Shown here: positions 36,078-44,149 of the stretch, piece by piece | How positions within the stretch are numbered: the first letter of the stretch is position 1 | How the letters are laid out: each line of letters starts with the position of its first letter | DNA from: Candidatus Falkowbacteria bacterium | GTDB taxonomy: Bacteria; Patescibacteriota; Patescibacteriia; UBA11705; JABHMO01 | NCBI GenBank assembly: GCA_018674305.1 | Contig: JABHAL010000004.1 | Span: 128,446 to 192,445 of the forward strand | Length of the DNA stretch: 64,000 nucleotides | Direction of reading: 5' to 3' | The notes under the pieces: generated by a model | What the model was told of the DNA's origin: nothing | Database searches by the model: none | Seen by the model: the letters and a program-made list of their open reading frames with translations, nothing else | Translations under genes and position numbers: made by a program

Positions 36078-36326
36078 ATGAAAATGTACTTTTTCATTTT
36101 TATAATAGTACTCATTGTAACTTTTGTTCAAGGAAGGTTTTTTAAAGGATCCACCCGCCCGCTTCTCCGAGCATTGATTTATGCTGGTCTTGCTTGCCTA
36201 GGAACATTTCTTTTTATAATTGGAATACAGTGGCTTTTGGGTCTACTACTAGTGGTAATTGCCATTATTGGTATATACTTTCTAATCAAGTTGAAATCTT
36301 CTATTAATGAAGAAAACGAAGAATAG
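36078..36326 (+). CDS. Small two-helix membrane protein, hypothetical
   Basis: 82 aa, two hydrophobic helices and an acidic C-terminus. Confidence 0.4.
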   Translation: MKMYFFIFIIVLIVTFVQGRFFKGSTRPLLRALIYAGLACLGTFLFIIGIQWLLGLLLVVIAIIGIYFLIKLKSSINEENEE

Positions 36327-36337
36327 TCTGTCAAAAA

Positions 36338-36372
36338 CAAAAGAGCGTTGATATCATCAACGCTCTTTTTCA
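36338..36372. terminator. Bidirectional terminator between the 36326 '+' gene and yidD
   Basis: AGAGCGTTGAT-atc-ATCAACGCTCT followed by TTTTT. Confidence 0.75.
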
Positions 36373-36385
36373 TTTTCTCAAAAAA

Positions 36386-36649
36386 TTATTTCATTGGATC
36401 ATGACCACCTTTGGACCAGGGATTACAACGAAGCACTCTATAAGCTGCCTTTGCCCCACCAACAAATACTCCATATTTTTCAATTGCCTGATAGCCATAT
36501 TCTGAACAAGATGGTTTATATTTACAATAGCCTCCCGGAAAATTATCCTTCAATGGGCCATGATCAAAAGACAGTGTACTTTGATAAATTTTTATCAACT
36601 TTAGAACAAAAATCCTAGGAAAATATTTTAAGTGATGGTTTAATTTCAT
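36386..36649 (-). CDS. yidD: Membrane protein insertion efficiency factor YidD
   Basis: GGYCKYKPSCSEYGYQAIEKYG...RCNPWSKGGHDP matches YidD; located in the rnpA-yidD position. Confidence 0.8.
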   Translation of the reverse strand: MKLNHHLKYFPRIFVLKLIKIYQSTLSFDHGPLKDNFPGGYCKYKPSCSEYGYQAIEKYGVFVGGAKAAYRVLRCNPWSKGGHDPMK

Positions 36650-37020
36650 AAAAGATTCAATTTTTTAAGAAGTCCAATTAGCTCAGTTTTAATTTCCCCA
36701 AGTTCTTTATGCTTTATACTTGGTTTAGTAATTATTAAACAATCATAATTTCCCTTGATCTGACTTTGCTCTCTTTGAACTATATTCCTAAGTCGCCTTT
36801 TTATTTTATTTCGCTCAGTAGCTCTTTTATCTATTTTATTATTTACAATAAATCCAAATCTATTATATTTAAGGCTATTATTAAATATTTTAACAATCAA
36901 AAATTTTCCAGCTATATTCAACCCTTTTTTTTGTTTAAAATCTTTGCCCCAAAAGGCATCAAATTCATTTTGCTTAGTTATTCTGTTTTCCTTTTTCAAC
37001 ATAATAGACTTTTTAAGCAT
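36646..37020 (-). CDS. rnpA: Ribonuclease P protein component
   Basis: Basic ~120-aa protein with an RnpA-like KRATERNKIKRRLRNIV region; follows rpmH and overlaps yidD (ATGA). Confidence 0.8.
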   Translation of the reverse strand: MLKKSIMLKKENRITKQNEFDAFWGKDFKQKKGLNIAGKFLIVKIFNNSLKYNRFGFIVNNKIDKRATERNKIKRRLRNIVQREQSQIKGNYDCLIITKPSIKHKELGEIKTELIGLLKKLNLL

Positions 37021-37097
37021 TACTAAATTTCTGGTTTCTTTTATTCAAAAAAGAAACCACTTATAGTGTAGCTTCTTTTCTATATTTGTTCCAGTTA

Positions 37098-37244
37098 TCA
37101 ACGGTCAGAAGAACTTAAGCTTGTTCTAGCTTTATCTCGTCTTCTCTTTAAAATTGATCGGCCGTTTTTAGTTTGCATTCTGGATCGAAATCCATGCTTT
37201 TTCAGCTTTTTCCGAATATTCGGTTGAAATGTTCTTTTTGGCAT
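37098..37244 (-). CDS. rpmH: 50S ribosomal protein L34
   Basis: Not in the ORF track (48 aa). Minus-strand translation [48 protein letters not shown] matches L34 (MKRTFQP...HGFR.RM.T..GR.VL..RR.KGR). Confidence 0.85.
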   Translation of the reverse strand: MPKRTFQPNIRKKLKKHGFRSRMQTKNGRSILKRRRDKARTSLSSSDR

Positions 37245-37367
37245 ATTTTTGTGCTAGATATTAACTTTCAAAAGTATACTTCTTTATTTTGTTTTTGTCA
37301 ATAGGCTAATATAGCTTGCTTTTTTTTTCAGACTATTATAAAATTTTCTCTAGAGCTACCTTCCACG

Positions 37368-37417
37368 TTATCAACATGATATTAACAGTTTAGTAACTTT
37401 TCAACAGCTTGTCCACA
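37368..37417. promoter_or_regulatory. DnaA-box pair upstream of dnaA (TTATCAACA at 37368-76; TTGTCCACA at 37409-17), the left part of oriC
   Basis: Each is 8/9 to TTATCCACA; lies in the rpmH-dnaA intergenic region. Confidence 0.5.
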
Positions 37418-37484
37418 TGTTAGTTGAGTGCTAAAATAAAAACAGTCCTCTACTATAAGTAATCTCTAATAAAAATAAAAAGCT

Positions 37485-38870
37485 ATGGAAGATCAAAATG
37501 AGCAACTTTGGTTAGCTGTTCTTGGTGAACTTGAACTCTCCTTAAGTAAAGCCAGTTTTACCACCTGGTTAAAAAATACTTTTATTATAAAAAATGATGA
37601 AGGATGTATTGAGGTTGGTGTGCCTAATACTTTTTCACAAGCCTGGTTAAAACAAAAATACCACCAACAGATATACAAGATTATTCAAACAAAAAGCAAA
37701 GAGAGAATTAAAGAAATAAACTATAAAGTTCAAAGCTTAAAATCTTACAACAAACAAATAGATGAATTAAAGAAAACTGTTTCTACTCAAGAACAAATCC
37801 CAGAAGCTACCCAAAATGAAGTTCTCGCTAAGCAAACAAAAAAACAAGGACTCAATGTTAAATATCTTTTCGACTCCTTTATTGTTGGTAAAGCTAATGA
37901 ACTAGCTCACGCTGCAGCTTTAGCTGTGGCTGAAAAACCAGGATTAACTTATAACCCTCTTTTTATTTATGGTGGTGTTGGATTAGGAAAAACTCACCTA
38001 CTACAATCCGTTGGGCATGCCGTTTCACAAAAAAATCCTGAAAAAAAGATCGTTTATGTAACTTGTGAACAATTTACCAATGACTTTATAAGTTCAATTT
38101 CTTCTGGCCAGGCTGTTCGTTTTAATAATACTTACCGTACTGCTGATGTTCTACTAATTGATGATATTCAATTTTTAACTGGCAAAGAAGGAACTCAAGA
38201 AGCTTTTTTTCATACTTTCAATGATCTTCATCAGAGAGATAAACAGATTGTTATAACTTCTGATCGTCCACCAAAAGCTATTTCTACCCTAGAAGATCGT
38301 TTATTATCTCGTTTTGAATGGGGAATGATTGCTGATATTTCTCAACCTGATCTTGAAACCAGAATTGCCATTTTGGAAACTAAATGCCAAGAAAAAGAAT
38401 TTTTATTAGAAAGAGACATTATTCAGTACATCACCTTGAATATTCAAAATAATATTCGTGAACTCGAAGGTGCCCTAAATAAGATTATTGCTTACCATCA
38501 ATTAAATAAACTTGAACCTACTCTAGAAAATATCAAAAAGATACTATTTTCAATTTCTGAATCAAGTAAAAAGGGTGGTGCTGTTTCTGCAAAACAGCTA
38601 ATTGATTTGGTTAGTGGTTTTTATGAACTATCACTGGACGATATTCTAGGTAAAAGTAGAGAAAAAAGATTAGCTTTTCCTCGCCAAATCATAATGTATC
38701 TCCTTCGTGAAGAATTAAGCTGTTCATATCCAATGATAGGAAGTGAACTAGGTGGTCGAGATCACACAACTGCTATGCATGCTTACGATAAAATTTCTAG
38801 ATTAATTGCTGAAGATGAAAAATTGCGTCAAGAAATAAATTTAATCAAACAAAAGGTATATTCATCTTGA
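37485..38870 (+). CDS. dnaA: Chromosomal replication initiator protein DnaA
   Basis: AAA+ Walker A GGVGLGKTHL; Walker B LLIDDIQFL; sensor and DnaA signature regions; C-terminal HTH domain. Confidence 0.95.
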   Translation: MEDQNEQLWLAVLGELELSLSKASFTTWLKNTFIIKNDEGCIEVGVPNTFSQAWLKQKYHQQIYKIIQTKSKERIKEINYKVQSLKSYNKQIDELKKTVSTQEQIPEATQNEVLAKQTKKQGLNVKYLFDSFIVGKANELAHAAALAVAEKPGLTYNPLFIYGGVGLGKTHLLQSVGHAVSQKNPEKKIVYVTCEQFTNDFISSISSGQAVRFNNTYRTADVLLIDDIQFLTGKEGTQEAFFHTFNDLHQRDKQIVITSDRPPKAISTLEDRLLSRFEWGMIADISQPDLETRIAILETKCQEKEFLLERDIIQYITLNIQNNIRELEGALNKIIAYHQLNKLEPTLENIKKILFSISESSKKGGAVSAKQLIDLVSGFYELSLDDILGKSREKRLAFPRQIIMYLLREELSCSYPMIGSELGGRDHTTAMHAYDKISRLIAEDEKLRQEINLIKQKVYSS

Positions 38871-38889
38871 TAAGTTGTGCATAACCATA

Positions 38890-39126
38890 TAAAAAAATGT
38901 CCACATTCTTGTTTATAACTTTTAGTCATTTCTGTTCATAAGTATTTCGAAATCACCAAAAGACCACTTATAAACATTTAAGGACTGTTCATCTACACCC
39001 ATGTCAACAGGGTTACGCAATGATTTTTTCAATAAACTAATTACAAAAAAGCACTTATCCACCCGTATCCACAGCCTTATTATTATTATTGTTTTTATAT
39101 ATATAGAATTATAAAAAAGAGAATCT
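38890..39126. promoter_or_regulatory. oriC core: DnaA boxes (aTGTCCACA at 38898; TTATCCACC at 39055; GTATCCACA at 39065) followed by an AT-rich unwinding element (39077-39125)
   Basis: Boxes read directly; (tta)n/(ta)n-rich tract lies immediately before dnaN; dnaA-dnaN intergenic position is typical of Firmicute-like oriC. Confidence 0.6.
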
Positions 39127-40254
39127 ATGAAAATCACATGTCTTCAAGAGAACTTAAACTTCGGGTTACAAACTACAGGACACCTTGTAAATAAAAATAT
39201 CAACTTACCTATCTTAAACAATGTACTGCTTGAAGCCAAGGAAGGAAGCTTGAAACTTTCTAGTACAAATTTAGAAATAGGGATTAGTAGTGTTGTTAGA
39301 TGTAAAGTTGAAAAAGAAGGAAGCTTCACAGTGGACGCAAGACTTCTGGCTGATTATGTTAATCTTTTAGCCAAAGACCAAGTTAATATGGAATTATTAG
39401 CAGATGATTTTATGAAGATAGCCTGTCTATCCTCTGAAACTAAAATGAAAGGAATTGTTGCTGATGATTTCCCAGTTATTCCTCAAATTGAAAAGAAAGA
39501 TCCGTTTACTATTAAAATCAGTGATTTTAAAAAAGCTCTATCGCAGGTTATATTTTCAGTAGCAAGTTCAGAAACAAGACCTGAAATAAGTGGTATTTTA
39601 ATGAACTTTAATAAACTTAGTAAAAACAAATTAGTAATGGTCGGAACTGATAGTTATAGGTTAGCTGAAAAATTTGTGGAATTAGAAAAGAATGAACAAG
39701 AACAAGAAGTTATAGTACCACTAAAAACTTTACAAGAATTACTTAGAATCCTTGGTAACTTAAAGGACAAGGCTGATACTCCAGAAAATTTGGAAATTTA
39801 TATTACCGAAAATCAAGTTCTATTTACTTGTGCTAATATTGAATTAATATCTAGACTACTTGAAGGACAGTATCCAGATTATAAACAGATTATTCCACAA
39901 GAAACAAAAACTAAGATTATTACCTCAACTTCAGAATTAGTTAAAGCTATAAAAAAAGTTGCCCTATTTTCCAAGACAGGAATATTTGATATTAATTTAG
40001 TGTTTGAAGCTCAAAAAGGATTAACTGTACAAGCTACAAACTCTCAACTTGGTGAAAGTAAAGCTGATATTGATGTTGAATTCACTGGTGAAACAAATGA
40101 TACAACTTTGAACTATAGATATTTACTTGATGGATTAAATAATGTTGATGCTAGCGAAGTTGAAATAAGTTTAGTCGATAATAATCTCCCCTGTTTAATT
40201 AGACCAAAAGGAACAACTGATTATTTGTATATTGTGATGCCTATTAAGCAGTAA
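39127..40254 (+). CDS. dnaN: DNA polymerase III beta subunit (sliding clamp)
   Basis: 375 aa beginning MKITCLQENLNFGLQ...; three-domain beta-clamp length and position after dnaA. Confidence 0.9.
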   Translation: MKITCLQENLNFGLQTTGHLVNKNINLPILNNVLLEAKEGSLKLSSTNLEIGISSVVRCKVEKEGSFTVDARLLADYVNLLAKDQVNMELLADDFMKIACLSSETKMKGIVADDFPVIPQIEKKDPFTIKISDFKKALSQVIFSVASSETRPEISGILMNFNKLSKNKLVMVGTDSYRLAEKFVELEKNEQEQEVIVPLKTLQELLRILGNLKDKADTPENLEIYITENQVLFTCANIELISRLLEGQYPDYKQIIPQETKTKIITSTSELVKAIKKVALFSKTGIFDINLVFEAQKGLTVQATNSQLGESKADIDVEFTGETNDTTLNYRYLLDGLNNVDASEVEISLVDNNLPCLIRPKGTTDYLYIVMPIKQ

Positions 40255-40438
40255 AAAGTTGAAAGTTTGTAAAGTTCATAAAGTAAAACATAAAATAAAA
40301 AACGCTCCGATGGTTATCGTGGGCGTTTTTGAATTATTGGTTTTCTGGGATCTGTTCGATCAGATTTATATCTTAGAGAATATTATTAATGGAAATATTA
40401 TTTGTCAATAAAAAATGCGGTAAGATACCGTATTTTTT

Positions 40439-40482
40439 ATGGCCGCGCCATTCGTAGCTCTGATGAAATACAGAGCGAAGAA
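40439..40482 (-). repeat. Conserved structured tRNA 3'-trailer element, copy a (two hairpins directly after the CCA of tRNA-Leu)
   Basis: Minus sense CCA-TTCTTCGCTCTGTATTTCATCAGAGCTACGAATGGCGCGGCCAT; ~95% identical to copy b at 40603-40645. Confidence 0.6.
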
Positions 40483-40570
40483 TGGTGCCTCGGGCCGGAA
40501 TCGAACCGGCACGGTTTATACAACCACTGGATTTTAAGTCCAGCGCGTCTACCAATTCCGCCACCGAGGC
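40483..40570 (-). tRNA. tRNA-Leu (anticodon TAA), CCA encoded
   Basis: GCCTCGGTGGCGGAATTGGTAGACGCGCTGGACTTAAAATCCAGTGGTTGTATAAACCGTGCCGGTTCGATTCCGGCCCGAGGCACCA; long variable arm; A73. Confidence 0.85.
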
Positions 40571-40602
40571 TTATTTAATGTAATGGATTGTCATGACTTG
40601 TT

Positions 40603-40645
40603 ATGGCTTGCCATTCGAAGCTCTGATGAAATACAGAGCGAAGAA
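40603..40645 (-). repeat. Conserved tRNA 3'-trailer element, copy b (after tRNA-Gly)
   Basis: CCA-TTCTTCGCTCTGTATTTCATCAGAGCTTCGAATGGCAAGCCAT. Confidence 0.6.
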
Positions 40646-40721
40646 TGGAGCGGGAGACGAGACTCGAACTCGCGACCTCAACCTTGGCAAGGTTGCGCTC
40701 TACCAACTAAGCTACTCCCGC
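40646..40721 (-). tRNA. tRNA-Gly (anticodon GCC), CCA encoded
   Basis: GCGGGAGTAGCTTAGTTGGTAGAGCGCAACCTTGCCAAGGTTGAGGTCGCGAGTTCGAGTCTCGTCTCCCGCTCCA. Confidence 0.85.
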
Positions 40722-40736
40722 ATAAATTTTTAATTT

Positions 40737-40984
40737 GATCGCAACCTTTTTAAATTCATTTGCGCTCTAACCAATCCCGATGATTTAGCAAAGCTAAATT
40801 TCGGGATCCCGACGAACAATGTGACGTCGGGACTAAGCTACTCCCGCATAATATTTTAAAAATCGCGCAACCTTTAAAAATTAATTTTTGTTTATTTGCG
40901 CTCTAACCAATCCCGATGATTTAGCAAAGCTAAATTTCGGGATCCCGACGAACAACGTGACGTCGGGACTAAGCTACTCCCGCA
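40737..40984 (-). repeat. Two tandem ~136-bp units (core 40758-40848 and 40894-40984, 1 mismatch). Each is a degenerate tRNA-Gly 5' half (GCGGGAGTAGCTTAGT...TTGGTTAGAGCGC) interrupted in the D-loop by a ~57-nt double-hairpin insert.
   Basis: Minus sense GCGGGAGTAGCTTAGT[CCCGACGTCACATTGTTCGTCGGG ATCCCGAAATTTAGCTTTGCTAAATCATCGGGA]TTGGTTAGAGCGC; lacks anticodon arm, T-arm and acceptor 3' end. Confidence 0.65.
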
Positions 40985-41030
40985 ATCAAATGTAAGGTCA
41001 TTATAGCAAAATTATTATGAATGTCAATAT

Positions 41031-41069
41031 AAAAAAAAGCCCCAGTAAGAGCTTTGTGTAAACTGGGAG
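41031..41069 (-). terminator. Intrinsic terminator for the minus-strand small ORF 41097-41291
   Basis: CCCAGT-loop-ACTGGG with T-run on the minus strand. Confidence 0.5.
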
Positions 41070-41096
41070 CTTTGTGATTTAATGTGGTAATGTAGG

Positions 41097-41291
41097 CTAC
41101 TTAAGCCAAGGGAAAGGATCCTTTTCCTTGGGTTCAATGAACGTCGTAAGAGGCTGAAAATCCGGCTTTATTTCCGGCGTCTGAATTCGTGCGAACTTTT
41201 TCCGTTCCATCTCCTCATGGACCAATGTCCTTCGCATGGTAGCAAGACCAACTCCAGTAAATTCGTTGTTTCCAAATTCATCTGCCATCAT
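41097..41291 (-). CDS. Hypothetical small protein (64 aa)
   Basis: ORF with its own terminator; no family recognised. Confidence 0.3.
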   Translation of the reverse strand: MMADEFGNNEFTGVGLATMRRTLVHEEMERKKFARIQTPEIKPDFQPLTTFIEPKEKDPFPWLK

Positions 41292-41353
41292 CCACCTCCT
41301 ATTATGTGAAAGTATTAAAATTATATAGAATAATTAATGTTTTGTCAAGGGCT

Positions 41354-41390
41354 AATAAAAAAGCTTCAAGTGGTGTGCTTGAAGCTTGGT
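41354..41390 (-). terminator. Intrinsic terminator for ORF 41403-41648
   Basis: AAGCTTCAAG-tggtgtg-CTTGAAGCTT with minus-strand T-run. Confidence 0.55.
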
Positions 41391-41402
41391 TTGTTGTTTG
41401 TT

Positions 41403-41648
41403 CTATAGTTCTCTCAGAAACTCGTTTTCTGTTATTTCTGCTCTTACCGCTAATGGCTTTTTATCAAAGGGAAGTTTTTCTTTGGCAACCTTTGCCGGTG
41501 CACTCAAGTGATCTGCCCTTTTTACAGCCATTGCTTTGGTGGTTGGATCAATAGGATCTTCTCTGAATGTATTCAGAACCAGATCTTCTGCTCGGTCTTT
41601 CATCCTTTGATCATGGTGTCTACGAAAGGTTTTGTCTCTCATACTCAC
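41403..41648 (-). CDS. Hypothetical small basic protein (81 aa)
   Basis: ORF with terminator; basic; no family recognised. Confidence 0.3.
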   Translation of the reverse strand: MSMRDKTFRRHHDQRMKDRAEDLVLNTFREDPIDPTTKAMAVKRADHLSAPAKVAKEKLPFDKKPLAVRAEITENEFLREL

Positions 41649-41764
41649 TCCTCCCCAAGGTTTCCAGCGATTGTACTTCAGAGTATATCAGAAGAAATAT
41701 AGGTTGTAAATATTAGAAAAAGAAAAAGCTCCAGTCGTGAGAGACTAGAACTTTTTGTGTTCAT

Positions 41765-42016
41765 TTAAGGAGAAGACATTGTAGCCAGAACTGCTTCATC
41801 ACGGGCTTGTCTGACATCAAAGGGAATAACTTCCAGTCCCTTCTCAATGTCCAATTCAGAGCCTGTTCCGCAGTGGAATACATGTATTCTTGAAGCTATA
41901 TTTGATTTTTCAAGAATTCCTATCAGGTCATAAACAGCTTCAGTTTTAGTAATAATCACTTCTCTACTTCCTCTGCCTTCGATATAAAATCTAATGCAGT
42001 ACATGAGTACCTCCAT
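41765..42016 (-). CDS. Hypothetical small protein (83 aa)
   Basis: ORF directly upstream of the second tRNA-Leu; no family recognised. Confidence 0.3.
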   Translation of the reverse strand: MEVLMYCIRFYIEGRGSREVIITKTEAVYDLIGILEKSNIASRIHVFHCGTGSELDIEKGLEVIPFDVRQARDEAVLATMSSP

Positions 42017-42036
42017 TTAAAGTTTGAGACAATTAG

Positions 42037-42120
42037 TGCCGGATGCGGGATTTGAACCCGCACGGGAATTACCCCAAGGGATTTTAAGTCCCCAGTGTCT
42101 ACCAGTTCCACCAACCCGGC
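42037..42120 (-). tRNA. tRNA-Leu (anticodon TAA), second divergent copy; no CCA encoded
   Basis: GCCGGGTTGGTGGAACTGGTAGACACTGGGGACTTAAAATCCCTTGGGGTAATTCCCGTGCGGGTTCAAATCCCGCATCCGGCA; long variable arm; A73. Confidence 0.75.
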
Positions 42121-42128
42121 ATTGAGAT

Positions 42129-42401
42129 CTATATTCGTTTCTTGTAGTAAAACCACTGAATAATAGTAATTGCCGAAAGACAAATGCCAATGGTGTCAGG
42201 AATCAAGATGTAGAAAGAATCAATTGTTATAGCATAACCAGCTCGAGAAAGATAAACTGCACAAGCTAAGACCGCTAATGTTAAAGGATTTCCACTTCTT
42301 TTTTCCTTGAAGTTTTTTAGCACTTGAGCTGAAAGCCCAAGAATAACCATGGCAATTCCAAATACCATGGTCATTGTTCCAAATATATTGGACCAATTCA
42401 T
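42129..42401 (-). CDS. Small membrane protein, hypothetical
   Basis: 90 aa, three hydrophobic helices. Confidence 0.4.
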   Translation of the reverse strand: MNWSNIFGTMTMVFGIAMVILGLSAQVLKNFKEKRSGNPLTLAVLACAVYLSRAGYAITIDSFYILIPDTIGICLSAITIIQWFYYKKRI

Positions 42402-42510
42402 GATATGCTCCTACATGGCTAGATGAAGTAAAATGAACATAGAACTAGCCACTATAGCATGAAAGGTATTTAATGTCAATATTTCTTACTTAATTTTAGC
42501 CCCGAAGGGG

Positions 42511-42981
42511 TCACTTAGTGGCTAAAATATAATACAATAAGCCACCTAAAGCTACAGTTACATTAAGGCTTTTCTTTATGCCTAACATTGGGAGTGAAAT
42601 GATTTTATCACATTGTTTTTGAATATTTGAAGGAATACCGGTTACTTCATTGCCAAGAATAATAACCACTTTATTTTTTGGTTGCCATTTTCTGTAATCC
42701 AAACTTTTGTTTTTAACTTCTTCCAGTCCAATAATTTCATAACCCAAAGATTTATATTTTTTGATGGTTGGTGCCAAGGTCTTGATCTTTTCCCAGGGGA
42801 CAGTTAAATCAGCACCAAGAGCAGTCTTGGCTAATTGAATTGGTTTTTCATTTGGTGAAGCAGTATAACCAGCTAAATATAATTTTTCAGCACCAATGGC
42901 ATCGCAGGTTCGGAAAATTGATCCTACGTTATAAAGGCTCCTAATTTTGTTGGCAATAACAATAATACTTGGTTTTTGCAT
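42511..42981 (-). CDS. SpoU/TrmH-family RNA 2'-O-methyltransferase
   Basis: Start reassigned to MQKPSIIVIANKIRSLYNVGSIFRTCDAIGAEKLYLAG (SPOUT motifs); the 5' extension in the ORF track overlaps an intergenic hairpin. Confidence 0.7.
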   Translation of the reverse strand: MQKPSIIVIANKIRSLYNVGSIFRTCDAIGAEKLYLAGYTASPNEKPIQLAKTALGADLTVPWEKIKTLAPTIKKYKSLGYEIIGLEEVKNKSLDYRKWQPKNKVVIILGNEVTGIPSNIQKQCDKIISLPMLGIKKSLNVTVALGGLLYYILATK

Positions 42982-43053
42982 AAATTTGATGTAAAATAAT
43001 GTGTAGAGGCAGGGAATTGTCGCGACTATTCCCTTTCCTACACACCATATCAA

Positions 43054-44091
43054 ATGTCGCTGCAAAAACCAAATATGATTGATTCTAACAACGACCGAAT
43101 TGTTTCAGCCAACTTAGACTCCAATGAAAATGAGTTTGATCAGAATTTGCGTCCAAAAGATTTGAAGAATTTCATTGGTCAAAATAAGATAAAAAATAAT
43201 TTGAATATATTCATGGAGGCAGCCAAGCTTCGAGGCGAACCCATTGAACATGTGCTTTTATTTGGACCACCCGGATTGGGAAAAACAACTTTGGCTCATA
43301 TTATTGCTGGTGAAATGGGAGCTAATATGAGAGTTACAACCGGACCAGCAATTGAGAAAAGTGGCGACTTGGCAGCTATTTTAACTAATCTTGAGGATGG
43401 TGATATTTTATTTATTGATGAAATTCATCGTTTGAATAGAATTGTGGAGGAAATTTTATATTCAGCTATGGAAGATTTTGTTTTGGATATTGTAATTGGT
43501 AAAGGTCCCTCAGCAAAAACTTTAAGAATTGATTTACCGAAATTTACTTTGATTGGTGCAACTACAAAATTATCTAAATTGTCCTCCCCTCTTCGTGACC
43601 GCTTTGGTAATAGTTTTGCTTTGGAATTTTATGAGCATGAAGACATTGATGAAATAATAAAAAGATCAGCAAATATTCTAAAGGTTAATTTTATTGAGGA
43701 TTGTTCCTTGTCTATTGCTGAGCGGGCTCGTAAAACTCCACGTATTGCCAATCGACTATTAAAAAGAATAAGAGATTATGCTGAAGTAAAAAATAGTGGC
43801 CAGATTGATTCACAAATTGTAGATAAAACTTTACAAATGTTGGATGTTGACGAATATGGATTAGATCAAATTGATCGCAAAATTTTATTAACGATTATAG
43901 AAAAATTTAACGGTGGCCCCGTCGGTTTAAATACTATTTCTGCCGCGACCTCTGAAGAAATGGAAGCTATTGAAGATGTTTATGAACCATATTTATTACA
44001 GTTGGGTTTTATTAATCGAACAAATCGTGGTAGAATAGTTACAGCAGATGCTTACAAACATTTGAATAAAAAACAAACTAATATTAAATAG
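43054..44091 (+). CDS. ruvB: Holliday junction branch-migration helicase RuvB
   Basis: [24 protein letters not shown] (Walker A); [10 protein letters not shown] (Walker B); RuvB C-terminal winged helix. The true start may be an internal Met (MIDSN, ~43075). Confidence 0.9.
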   Translation: MSLQKPNMIDSNNDRIVSANLDSNENEFDQNLRPKDLKNFIGQNKIKNNLNIFMEAAKLRGEPIEHVLLFGPPGLGKTTLAHIIAGEMGANMRVTTGPAIEKSGDLAAILTNLEDGDILFIDEIHRLNRIVEEILYSAMEDFVLDIVIGKGPSAKTLRIDLPKFTLIGATTKLSKLSSPLRDRFGNSFALEFYEHEDIDEIIKRSANILKVNFIEDCSLSIAERARKTPRIANRLLKRIRDYAEVKNSGQIDSQIVDKTLQMLDVDEYGLDQIDRKILLTIIEKFNGGPVGLNTISAATSEEMEAIEDVYEPYLLQLGFINRTNRGRIVTADAYKHLNKKQTNIK

Positions 44092-44149
44092 ATATTACAC
44101 AGATATTAAACAAATATTTAGTGATTAGGTTATAATATTGGTATAATAT

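Noticed and set aside
38922-39137. ORF 38922..39137 (-) between dnaA and dnaN
   Set aside because: Lies across the DnaA boxes and AT-rich DUE of oriC; AT-rich shadow ORF with no RBS.
40449-40486. CUGAUGA motif in the tRNA trailer repeat, possible hammerhead ribozyme core or C/D box
   Set aside because: The CUGAUGA is base-paired within the GCTCTG...CAGAGC stem rather than forming the unpaired hammerhead core, and no stem II followed by GAAA arrangement exists. Coincidental.
40737-40984. Tandem direct repeats as a possible CRISPR array
   Set aside because: Only two units with a 136-bp period, no short uniform repeat-spacer structure, no cas genes. The units are tRNA-Gly-derived.
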